This document shows positions 16,680 through 26,149 of a DNA stretch of 32,000 bases, piece by piece. How positions within the stretch are numbered: position 1 is the stretch's first letter; every line of letters begins with the position of its first letter. The position numbers and the translations under genes were made by a program. The notes under the pieces are model-generated. The model did not search any database and had not been told where the DNA came from. It saw only the letters and a list, made by a program, of their open reading frames with translations. The DNA comes from Raphidiopsis brookii D9. Its GTDB lineage: Bacteria; Cyanobacteriota; Cyanobacteriia; Cyanobacteriales; Nostocaceae. The DNA lies in assembly GCA_000175855.1 (NCBI GenBank), contig ACYB01000035.1, positions 240,001 through 272,000 of the forward strand. The letters are read 5' to 3'.

Positions 16680-18095
16680 TCAGCCTAGAGTAGTAACAGA
16701 CGCATTCTGTAACATATCATCACTGTTGGCAAGAAGATTGTCAATCACTCGATAAAAACGAACAGTTAAAATAACTGCCGAGAGGAGTGGACTCAAAACC
16801 ATAGCCAACCAAATCCCGATCCCCCCCCATCCTAAAATGATTGCCATGAAATAGCTTCCTGCCAATCCAAGACCCCAGACAATTAAGTTCATTGATACTG
16901 GAACAAATGTATCCCGCAGACCGACCAAAGCCCCAACAATAATTATTTGAATACTGTAAAACATTTGGAATAGTCCCGCCAAGGGGATAAAAGTAGTTGC
17001 TTTCTTAATTGCTTCGATATTCTCGGGATTGTTTATATTTAAATAAATTCCGGCAATTTGATATGGAAACAACCAGAAAACAAGTGCTACAATACTGGCA
17101 TAAATGCCAACTATTGTAATTCCAATCGATGCTACCCTTCTTGCACCCAAAGGGTTTTTTTCTCCTATACTCTGACCTACTCTTGTCATAGCGACATTGC
17201 CGACTCCGAGTGGTATAACTATCGCCAGTTCTGCCGTTTGGAAGCCAATATCATGGGCTGCTAATGTTACCGTTCCTAAATACCCTGCTACCCAAGCGGT
17301 GACGTTAAATAGTGCCGTTTCCGCCCCCCATTGAAACCCCATGGGCCATCCAGTTTGAAAAATTTTGACAAAGATCTGTTTATCAAACTGATGCAAGTAG
17401 CGGAAAAGTTTATAATCTCTAACTTTCAGGGAGAAAATCAGCAAGATAAGCCCCAATGTAAAACTAACCCAAAAACCCAGAGCAGTTGCCCAGCCTATTC
17501 CAGCCAAACCAAGTTGAGGAAGACCAAATTTACCGAATATTAACACATAATCGGCGGCGGTATTCAATATCAGCTGAGTGAGCATAGTAATAGTTATCAA
17601 TCGGGGAACGTTGAGAGCAGAGGCAATGCCTCTTAATGTCAAAATACTAAGCGCAGCGGGAAAGCCCCATAAAATTGAGTGTAAATACGTTTTTGTCAAT
17701 AACACATTGCTTTCCTCTTGACCGAATAGCAGCAAGATAGTATCGCCATGCCAAAGCAGAAGCATTGCAGGTAAAGACAAGGTAACTGCTAGCCATATTT
17801 GCCCGGAAGCAATACGACTAACTTCATCTATTTTATTTGCCCCAAAAGCTTCGGCTGCTAGTGATCCTCCTACTGAGAGAATACCATGGCAGGCAAATAA
17901 TAAGGTCAAAAAAGCGAGCGCGCCCAAAGCACCGGCGGCCAAAACTTGCGTACCAAGTAAACCCATCATGACTGCATTCGCTGTATAAATACCCGTTTCG
18001 CACATTTGTGAAATGACTAAGGGGATTCCCAACTTTAGGCTTGCTCGTGCTTCTAATATCAGATCTGACTTAAATTTTTTTGAGGTTGTTTCCAT
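16680..18095 (-). CDS. sxtF: MATE-family efflux transporter (toxin export)
   Basis: 471-aa polytopic ORF (1416 bp), a paralog of sxtM. It sits 10 nt upstream of sxtG. Confidence 0.9.
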   Translation of the reverse strand: METTSKKFKSDLILEARASLKLGIPLVISQMCETGIYTANAVMMGLLGTQVLAAGALGALAFLTLLFACHGILSVGGSLAAEAFGANKIDEVSRIASGQIWLAVTLSLPAMLLLWHGDTILLLFGQEESNVLLTKTYLHSILWGFPAALSILTLRGIASALNVPRLITITMLTQLILNTAADYVLIFGKFGLPQLGLAGIGWATALGFWVSFTLGLILLIFSLKVRDYKLFRYLHQFDKQIFVKIFQTGWPMGFQWGAETALFNVTAWVAGYLGTVTLAAHDIGFQTAELAIVIPLGVGNVAMTRVGQSIGEKNPLGARRVASIGITIVGIYASIVALVFWLFPYQIAGIYLNINNPENIEAIKKATTFIPLAGLFQMFYSIQIIIVGALVGLRDTFVPVSMNLIVWGLGLAGSYFMAIILGWGGIGIWLAMVLSPLLSAVILTVRFYRVIDNLLANSDDMLQNASVTTLG

Positions 18096-18254
18096 GAATT
18101 CTCCAATCTTAGTGTTTGCTCATACTAAAATTATGGCTGTTTCATGCACTGGATACAACCTACATTCCACACCCATAACTGTTACACCCTAGCGTTAAAA
18201 AGTTTTTGGCTGGTGGTGCCATGGTTAAACTACTTCATCTTATCATGATACAAC

Positions 18255-18641
18255 CTAATTGCTGATTAGCTTACCTAATTGGTTGGTAATAGTTAGTTGG
18301 CCACCATTGCTGCAAGAAGAGCCAGTATAGTCGTAAATATCTACTAAAAAGCCATTGGATAGTGCAGTTAATGCGGCTTCATAGCCACGCATATGAATGT
18401 CTCGATTTATCACTCCTGAAGTTGGTAGGATAATCACTCTATCTGCGCAAGGACCAAACCCACCGCTGATACTAACGGCATAATTATCACCGTTAGAAGA
18501 AGTATTTTGAACATTGGTAATCTTTCCACCTTTAACTAGGTAGTCAGCTTTAGCAATGCCAACTCCAGTGGTTAAGAAAATACCAAATGCGAATACGAAT
18601 GCTAGTGTTCCGATTAAAAACTGGTTGAAATCTTTCAACAT
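18255..18641 (-). CDS. sxtE: SxtE, small exported/membrane-anchored protein of unknown function
   Basis: 128-aa ORF (387 bp) with an N-terminal hydrophobic segment (FLIGTLAFVFAFGIFLTTGVGIA). It is divergent from sxtA. Length and synteny match sxtE. Confidence 0.75.
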   Translation of the reverse strand: MLKDFNQFLIGTLAFVFAFGIFLTTGVGIAKADYLVKGGKITNVQNTSSNGDNYAVSISGGFGPCADRVIILPTSGVINRDIHMRGYEAALTALSNGFLVDIYDYTGSSCSNGGQLTITNQLGKLISN

Positions 18642-18998
18642 TTTGCTACCTAAATTAATTTTCTGCTATTACTTACAGTATATGCAATTTTGTATAACCG
18701 AAAATTGCTGTAAATATCCGTTATGAACAGGATTTGATAACTGTTTAATTAGCAATTAAAAGTTTAAAACAACAATGGGACTTACGCAACTGGTAGAGGG
18801 CGATTATTATCTAGAGAGACTTGGCTTGTTAGTCAAGATACGTACAATTGCGATTCGTCTTTTTATTGCTACTACACTTATTTAGCTTATTTTTTTGGTC
18901 TACTTGTCTTGCTTTTTCACACAACTTCTGAGATAATCAAAATCTCGTGGTATCCACTAAAAATGCATTCCTCATAAATTAATCAATAATCGTCTAAG
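18642..18998. promoter_or_regulatory. Divergent intergenic region that must carry the promoters for sxtA-B-C (+) and sxtE-F-G-H... (-)
   Basis: A 357-bp AT-rich gap separates two divergently oriented gene strings. I could not pin individual -10/-35 boxes with confidence. Confidence 0.5.
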
Positions 18999-21900
18999 AT
19001 GTTACAAAAGATTAATCGTTATACTCACGGCTTTGTGGCGGTTCCCGTTATTCTTGCGTGTCGAGAAAAAGGTGTTTTTGAATTACTCGCCGATGAAAGT
19101 CCTCTCTCTTTAAACCAAATGGTGGAACATCTGGGAGCTAACAGCGGACATTTTCAAGTTGCTTTGAGGATGCTCGAGTCTTTACATTGGCTTTCCCGAA
19201 ATAAGGAGCTTAAATACTCTCTAACCGCAGAAGCAGCGATTCACAACAAAATTTCGGAAGACATTCTTCAATTGTACAACCTACCAATTCAGTCTTATTT
19301 AGAAGGGAAACAAGGAAATTTGCTGGGAAGATGGATTGAGCGTTCTTGCCAATTGTGGAACCTGGACAATCCCCTAATGGCAGATTTTTTAGATGGATTA
19401 CTGGTCATCCCACTCCTGCTGGCACTGCACAAACACAACTTGCTTGCAGATTCGGAGGACAAACCTTTGCTCTCCTCATTAAGCTCAACAGTGCAAGAAG
19501 AGTTGGGTAAGTTATTTCTCCACCTTGGCTGGGCTGACCTTACAGCAGGTCGTTTGACCATAACCGAACTTGGTCGATTTATGGGAGAGCGAGCCTTGAA
19601 TACAGCCATAGTGGCGTCCTACACTCCTATGTTGTCCCGCATTCATGATGTATTGTTTGGCAATTGTCTCTCCGTATTCCAAAGAGATGCTTCCGGTCAC
19701 GAAAGGCACATTGATCGCACCCTTAACGTGATCGGGAGTGGATTTCAACACCAGAAATATTTTGCCGATTTAGAAGAAAGTATCCTCTCAGTATTCAATC
19801 AGTTGCCATTAGAAGAACAACCCAAATACATTACTGACATGGGGTGTGGCGATGGAACTCTCCTGAAACGAGTCTGGGAAACCATTCAATTTAAGTCTGC
19901 TAGGGGAAAAGCACTCGAACAGTATCCCCTGCGTCTTATAGGTGTAGATTATAACGAAGCTTCTTTAAAAGCTACCACACGCACCCTTGCTAGCCTTCCC
20001 CACTTAGTTTTACAGGGAGATATTGGGAACCCAGAACAAATGGTGCGTTCTTTAGAAGCTCATGGCATTCATGATCCCGAAAATATCCTGCACATCCGTT
20101 CGTTCCTCGACCATGATCGTCTCTTTATTCCTCCTCAGAAAAGAAACGAATTGAAAGAACGTGCTCACTTACCTTACCAATCAGTCTGTGTCGATGATCA
20201 AGGAGAGCTTATTCCTCCTCATGTTATGGTGCAAAGTTTGGTGGAACACTTAGAAAGATGGTCTCAAGTGGTCAATAAACACGGTTTAATGATTTTGGAG
20301 GTCCATTGTTTCGAACCAAGGGTAGTCTATCAGTTTTTAGACAAAAGCGAAAACTTACATTTCGATGCGTTTCAGGGATTTTCTCAGCAGTATCTTGTGG
20401 AAGCTGAGGTTTTTCTCATGTCTGCTGCACAAGTAGGTCTATTTCCAAAACTAGAGCTTTCTAAAAGATACCCAAAAACATTTCCTTTTACTCGCATTAC
20501 GCTTAATTACTTCGAGAAAAGACCTTACAAAATTAGTCATGCCTATTTGTCAGATTTACCTGCCTTAGTTGACTTGGAGGTCAAGTGTTGGCCAGAAAAT
20601 TTACGGGCATCTACTCATGAAATTCGGCGAAGACTTGAGCTAAACCCGCAAGGTAATTTAGTGCTGATTATAGAAGATCAAATTATTGGTGCGATTTATT
20701 CCCAAACAATTACCAGCACTGAGGCATTAGAGAATGTAAAATATGCGCAAGTGCCGACGTTACATACTCCCCAAGGGTCAGTTATTCAACTGCTCGCACT
20801 AAATATTCTACCTGAGTTTCAGGCGCGGGGGTTAGGAAATGAATTGCGGGACTTTATGCTTTACTACTGTACCCTGAAAGGCGGCATTGAGAGCGTGGTG
20901 GGTGTAACTCGCTGTCGAAATTATGTCAATTATTCCCAAATGCCGATGATGGAGTATTTAAAGCTACACAATGAGCAACGACAGCTTCTGGATCCAATTG
21001 TGGGTTTCCATGTGTCGGGAGGAGCCGAAATTAGGGGAATTATTGCTAATTATCGTCCGGAAGATACAGATAATCTCGGCATGGGTATTTTGATTGAATA
21101 TAACCTGCGCGACAGTGCTTTGCACTCGCCTGGTGATCGCAAAGGACCGTATATTAACTCAGCAATTGGTTCATTGGTACCAAAAGCAACATCTGCAACT
21201 AAGGAAAACAAAACTGTAGCGGATCTCGTTAAAGAATGCATCTTAAAAGTAATGGGTTCCCAACGTCAGGCAGCCTACGCTCCACAACAAAAACTGCTGG
21301 ATATGGGATTAGATTCTTTAGATTTATTAGAACTGCAAACGCTCCTAGAGGAACGTTTAGGGATCAATCTGTCTGGAACGTTCTTTTTACAAAAGAACAC
21401 TCCAACTGCCATCATCACTTATTTCCAAAACCAAGTGGTACAAGAGAAACAATCTGATCTAGCTCCACCTGTTGACTCAGCCAACGAAATCAACACTCTG
21501 GAAAACGTAGTTAACCAACAAAAAATTCCTCAAGTCACAAGAGTCGTCACAGAACAACAAGGTCGCAAGGTGCTAATTGACGGACATTGGGTGATAGACT
21601 TTGCTTCTTGCAACTATTTAGGTCTTGACTTGCATCCAAAAGTTAAGGAAGCAATTCCACCAGCTTTGGATAAATGGGGCACACATCCAAGCTGGACTCG
21701 GCTTGTTGCTTCCCCAGCAATTTATGAGGAATTGGAGGAAGAATTGTCCAAACTTTTAGGCGTACCTGATGTTTTAGTATTTCCAGCTGTAACACTGCTT
21801 CAGATAGGAATTTTACCACTATTAACTGGGAATAATGGTGTCATCTTTGGTGACATAGCTGCACATCGTTGTATTTATGAAGCGTGCTGTCTGGCTCAGC

Positions 21901-22736
21901 ACAAAGGAGCCCAGTTCATCCAATATCGACATAATGATTTGAACGATTTAGCCGAAAAACTAGCAAAATATCCGCCTGAACAAGTAAAGATTATTGTCAT
22001 TGATGGCGTGTATTCCATGTCGGCAGATTTTCCCGATCTGCCAGCTTACGTGCATCTGGCAAAAGAGTACAATGCCTTAATTTACATGGATGATGCTCAT
22101 GGTTTTGGCATTTTGGGCGAAAATCCCAGCAGCGATATGCCTTACGGTTACAAAGGAAACGGGATGGTGAATTATTTTGACCTGCGGTTTGCAGAGGATA
22201 ATATCATCTATGTAGCTGGTTTGTCCAAAGCCTATTCTTCTTACGCAGCATTCTTAACTTGTGGCGATCGCCGGATCAAAACCAACTTCCGCAACGCTTG
22301 GACTGCCATATTTTCTGGTCCTTCTCCTGTTGCGAGTTTGGCAAGTGCCTTAGCCGGATTACAGGTGAATCGTCAGGAGGGGGAGCAGTTAAGAAAACAA
22401 ATTTATCACCTAACTCACAAATTGGTTACACAAGCAAGAGCCATTGGATTCGAAGTGGATAACTATGGTTACGTTCCCATCGTAGGCGTGTTAGTGGGAG
22501 ATGCTCAACACATGATTGATGTGTGTCAACTCCTTTGGGAATATGGTATTTTAATTACTCCTGCTATTTTTCCAATCGTACCTTTAAATAAAAGTGCTTT
22601 AAGGTTTTCGATTACAGCCGCCAATACCGAAGAGGAGATAGACCAAGCAATTAAATCTCTCAAAGCAGTTTGGGATTTGCTACAAAAAAGGAAAGCTTTG
22701 CCTTGTAAGCAGGAGGAAAACATACTCAAGCATTAA
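18999..22736 (+). CDS. sxtA: Four-domain PKS-like starter enzyme: SAM methyltransferase, GNAT loading domain, ACP, and class II aminotransferase (AONS-like)
   Basis: 1245-aa ORF (3738 bp). The SAM motif DMGCGDG starts at aa 280 (nt 19836). The GNAT-like region covers ~aa 515-703 (QLLALNILPEFQARGLGNEL). The ACP motif is DMGLDSLDLLEL with Ser773 (nt 21315). The AONS-like domain runs from ~aa 858, with PLP lysine in GLSKAYSS (Lys1077, nt 22227). Confidence 0.97.
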   Translation: MLQKINRYTHGFVAVPVILACREKGVFELLADESPLSLNQMVEHLGANSGHFQVALRMLESLHWLSRNKELKYSLTAEAAIHNKISEDILQLYNLPIQSYLEGKQGNLLGRWIERSCQLWNLDNPLMADFLDGLLVIPLLLALHKHNLLADSEDKPLLSSLSSTVQEELGKLFLHLGWADLTAGRLTITELGRFMGERALNTAIVASYTPMLSRIHDVLFGNCLSVFQRDASGHERHIDRTLNVIGSGFQHQKYFADLEESILSVFNQLPLEEQPKYITDMGCGDGTLLKRVWETIQFKSARGKALEQYPLRLIGVDYNEASLKATTRTLASLPHLVLQGDIGNPEQMVRSLEAHGIHDPENILHIRSFLDHDRLFIPPQKRNELKERAHLPYQSVCVDDQGELIPPHVMVQSLVEHLERWSQVVNKHGLMILEVHCFEPRVVYQFLDKSENLHFDAFQGFSQQYLVEAEVFLMSAAQVGLFPKLELSKRYPKTFPFTRITLNYFEKRPYKISHAYLSDLPALVDLEVKCWPENLRASTHEIRRRLELNPQGNLVLIIEDQIIGAIYSQTITSTEALENVKYAQVPTLHTPQGSVIQLLALNILPEFQARGLGNELRDFMLYYCTLKGGIESVVGVTRCRNYVNYSQMPMMEYLKLHNEQRQLLDPIVGFHVSGGAEIRGIIANYRPEDTDNLGMGILIEYNLRDSALHSPGDRKGPYINSAIGSLVPKATSATKENKTVADLVKECILKVMGSQRQAAYAPQQKLLDMGLDSLDLLELQTLLEERLGINLSGTFFLQKNTPTAIITYFQNQVVQEKQSDLAPPVDSANEINTLENVVNQQKIPQVTRVVTEQQGRKVLIDGHWVIDFASCNYLGLDLHPKVKEAIPPALDKWGTHPSWTRLVASPAIYEELEEELSKLLGVPDVLVFPAVTLLQIGILPLLTGNNGVIFGDIAAHRCIYEACCLAQHKGAQFIQYRHNDLNDLAEKLAKYPPEQVKIIVIDGVYSMSADFPDLPAYVHLAKEYNALIYMDDAHGFGILGENPSSDMPYGYKGNGMVNYFDLRFAEDNIIYVAGLSKAYSSYAAFLTCGDRRIKTNFRNAWTAIFSGPSPVASLASALAGLQVNRQEGEQLRKQIYHLTHKLVTQARAIGFEVDNYGYVPIVGVLVGDAQHMIDVCQLLWEYGILITPAIFPIVPLNKSALRFSITAANTEEEIDQAIKSLKAVWDLLQKRKALPCKQEENILKH

Positions 22737-22796
22737 GTGGGAAATTGATTCATAAAAACTAATATATCTTTATCTCTCTGTCCAAGAATAACCCAA

Positions 22797-23753
22797 ATGA
22801 CCCATGTAGCATTAGAACAGGCGATTGCCAAGGTTCCACGTTCCATTCAATCAGAGTTAAGGACAATTCTTGCCCAACATGCTGTAATTGACTCAAGTGT
22901 TGTCGCATCTTGGATTGATCGACTTGGTACTAATATTAGTACGTTAATGATTCAATTACTACCCGTAGCCGCAACTTATGCTAGGGTACCAATATCGCAG
23001 TTTTATGTAGGGGCGATCGCTCTTGGTAAACCACAATCTAAGAATCAACTGGGTTCTGGAACTCTTTATTTTGGTGCCGACATGGAATTTGTAGGACAGG
23101 CACTTAGTTTCTCAGTTCACGCAGAACAATCCGCCACCATAAATGCGTGGTTGCACGGAGAAACCGGTTTACAAGCATTAGCAATCCACGAAGCACCATG
23201 TGGATACTGCCGACAATTTTTATACGAGATGGCAACTGTAAATCAAAATTTTGTTCTTCTTGTGAAGTCTAATGAATCACAGCCTGAGCAAACTTATACC
23301 TCAAATAAACTCCCACATTTTCTACCCGAGCCATTTGGACCAGCGGATCTAGGACTCACAGGTGGATTAATGCAAACAGTATTTCATGATCTGGAGACCT
23401 ATTCTACCGATGATGTTGTGCTTGCTGCTCTATCCGCTGCCAATCAAAGTTATGCTCCCTACACGAAAAATTTTGCAGGGGTAGCGTTAAAAGATTCCCA
23501 CGGGAATATATTTACAGGTCGATACGCTGAAAACGCTGCCTTTAATTCATCCATGTCTCCGATGGAATCTGCTCTGACTTTCATGAATATGAATAGATAT
23601 TCTCAATCACTATTCGACATTTGTGATGCTGTTTTAGTTGAAGTGGAAACTGGGATTAGTCAAAGACCCGTCACTGAAGCCTTCCTTTCTTCTATCGCTC
23701 CCAAGGTCAAGTTAAGGTATGCCCCTGCAACTCCGTCAAGTAATAAGTTATGA
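22797..23753 (+). CDS. sxtB: Cytidine-deaminase-like cyclase
   Basis: 318-aa ORF (957 bp) with zinc-deaminase motifs HAEQSA and PCGYCRQF. It lies immediately after sxtA. Confidence 0.9.
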   Translation: MTHVALEQAIAKVPRSIQSELRTILAQHAVIDSSVVASWIDRLGTNISTLMIQLLPVAATYARVPISQFYVGAIALGKPQSKNQLGSGTLYFGADMEFVGQALSFSVHAEQSATINAWLHGETGLQALAIHEAPCGYCRQFLYEMATVNQNFVLLVKSNESQPEQTYTSNKLPHFLPEPFGPADLGLTGGLMQTVFHDLETYSTDDVVLAALSAANQSYAPYTKNFAGVALKDSHGNIFTGRYAENAAFNSSMSPMESALTFMNMNRYSQSLFDICDAVLVEVETGISQRPVTEAFLSSIAPKVKLRYAPATPSSNKL

Positions 23754-23782
23754 CTTACGCATTGATAAAAACAGAATAATTT

Positions 23783-24136
23783 ATGTTCCAGACCAAGAGT
23801 TATTACTCTGTGGTAGGATTAGAAACAGAATTGATTAAAGGAAAATTCTTTATGTCTAATGAATTGACAAACGAACAAGTATTTAAGCTGGTTTGTATGG
23901 AAGTCATTGAAAAAATGGGATTCGCACACTTTCCTCCCATCATTTTAGTCTATGAGATGACTAATTCCGGATTTGTAGATTGGTGCGAGCAGATGGTTTT
24001 TGTTGATGATAAAGGTAAGCTAGATGAAGGAGAAAAATTCTTATTAGACTGGATGAGACGGAACGTAGGAAACTTTGATCTGATACGTGAGTTAATGCCC
24101 GTTGCTGAACGTCTAGAAATGAAAATGAGGTCATAA
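23783..24136 (+). CDS. sxtC: SxtC, small protein of unknown function
   Basis: 117-aa ORF (354 bp). Length and position after sxtB match sxtC. I recognise no motif. Confidence 0.7.
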   Translation: MFQTKSYYSVVGLETELIKGKFFMSNELTNEQVFKLVCMEVIEKMGFAHFPPIILVYEMTNSGFVDWCEQMVFVDDKGKLDEGEKFLLDWMRRNVGNFDLIRELMPVAERLEMKMRS

Positions 24137-24510
24137 TTTTAGGTATTTAACTTCAAACTTGGATGGTTTCAATGCTACAGTAGGGCTACTCGCTTTTACT
24201 CGAATTGTTGCCCAGTAGGGTAGCTAGTGATCTTGGTGGCCATATCGATGGTCGTCAGGATACACTTTACCGCACCATGTTGCTGATGATCTAATTAACA
24301 GTGGTATTATGAGCGAATATCGTCCCATCTTAGGTAAGGGATATGGCAGAAAAAACAATAGCGAATTCGATACCGATCATAAACTATGGCTATTTGAATA
24401 ATGACAGAGTACAAGCCGCTTTATCCAAATCTCAACCCCAAAAAGAGGATATATTAAAGATGCGGGTAACCGCCATTTTTTCCGTCCATTCCACTTAGAA
24501 CCCAAGTCTA

Positions 24511-25269
24511 TTAAAAACCCAAAATTGTCTTCACCGTTACTGATTGATCATCCAATCTATTTTTAGATTTTTCTATATCAAAGTTTTCTGGAAACACATA
24601 GGTTCCAAATAATCGGTCGATGAAAGTAAACATAGAACTCAAATTTCTTCCCCCTGTATCAAGATGATGCAAAGTGTGAATACGGGGCGTAACATAAATC
24701 CATTCAATTATTCCTAACCAGGAGTTCCACTTTACATTGAGGTGTATCCAATTGTTATGAATCACTTGATGTACTGCCACTACAGACATAACCTCTGAGG
24801 GAATGTCCAGCAGTGGAAACCACAAAGCTGTAACAGTATATAAAAGTCCGCCGGTAAAGCTATCTTTGTTTCCACTCAGCCACCATGATTGCTTTGTTGA
24901 ATGATGCCATTTGTGCGTCAACCAAAGAAACTGATTACTATGCATTGTCCTGTGTAATAGATAGTCAGTTAAGTCCTGTAATATATATGCAGTGATGATC
25001 CTCAGCCAGAGGGGCACATACATTACTCCTGCAAAATTTGCTGACTCTCCCATAAATAGAGAACTCAATAGTTTTATAATTGCCACAGAAACATATGCAT
25101 AAACAATTCTAAAGACGAATGATATTCCCGCCCATCCCAATTCCTTGAAGAATTTAGCTTTGTATTCAATTTGATGCAAGGGAGAGCGAATTTCCCAAAG
25201 CCAGAAGGCTAAACCTGTAAGGAAAATTACAGTCCACTCTCTTAATAGTACTGATATTGTATCTATCAT
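24511..25269 (-). CDS. sxtD: Fatty-acid-hydroxylase / sterol-desaturase-family membrane di-iron enzyme
   Basis: Histidine boxes HRTMH, HKWHH and HTLHH, plus several TM segments. The ORF is open to 25311, but Met15 (25269) gives 252 aa / 759 bp, matching the length I recall for sxtD. Confidence 0.85.
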   Translation of the reverse strand: MIDTISVLLREWTVIFLTGLAFWLWEIRSPLHQIEYKAKFFKELGWAGISFVFRIVYAYVSVAIIKLLSSLFMGESANFAGVMYVPLWLRIITAYILQDLTDYLLHRTMHSNQFLWLTHKWHHSTKQSWWLSGNKDSFTGGLLYTVTALWFPLLDIPSEVMSVVAVHQVIHNNWIHLNVKWNSWLGIIEWIYVTPRIHTLHHLDTGGRNLSSMFTFIDRLFGTYVFPENFDIEKSKNRLDDQSVTVKTILGF

Positions 25270-25447
25270 TAGTAAATTTAATCCGTGCTGACTAGTTTTG
25301 TATATTATCACTATTTATGTACTTATCTTCTTAACTCCAATTATTTCTTTTTGTCTATTTCGGATGTGGTAATTCTCCGCACTCCAGCTGGAACAAGAGT
25401 TGCATTATCGTCCGTTGAAGTGGCTTTCAGACTCTATCCCTTAGGAA

Positions 25448-25466
25448 GAGCGATCGCTCTTCTGTT
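25448..25466 (+). repeat. Right copy of 19-bp direct repeat GAGCGATCGCTCTTCTGTT
   Basis: Exact match to 188-206. It lies 137 nt beyond the end of the sxtD ORF. Confidence 0.9.
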
Positions 25467-25471
25467 AAAGT

Positions 25472-25980
<509 letters not shown>

Positions 25981-26011
25981 AAATTTTAATATTTCCCCAC
26001 ATTCAATTAAG

Positions 26012-26097
26012 TGGTGGGCCGGGCTAGATTCGAACTAGCGTAGGCGCAAGCCAGCGGATTTACAGTCCGCCTCCATTAACCGCTCGGACACCGACCC
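26012..26097 (-). tRNA. tRNA-Tyr (anticodon GUA), class II with long variable arm, CCA encoded
   Basis: The reverse complement starts GGGTCGG-TG-TCC-GAGCGGTTAAT-GGA-G-GCGGA-CTGTAAA-TCCGC. It continues with a 14-nt variable arm, then GCTAG-TTCGAAT-CTAGC-CCGGCCC-A-CCA, for 86 nt in total. Confidence 0.93.
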
Positions 26098-26149
26098 TTC
26101 TTATTCCACTTTAACTAGGTTAGCAGCAATTTTTGATTTTGGCAAGGGG

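Noticed and set aside
226-25311. Treating the gene cluster as a previously undescribed biosynthetic system
   Set aside because: Every gene matches, in order, length and motifs, the well-characterised saxitoxin (sxt) cluster. The novelty lies only in border and scar features, not in the system itself.
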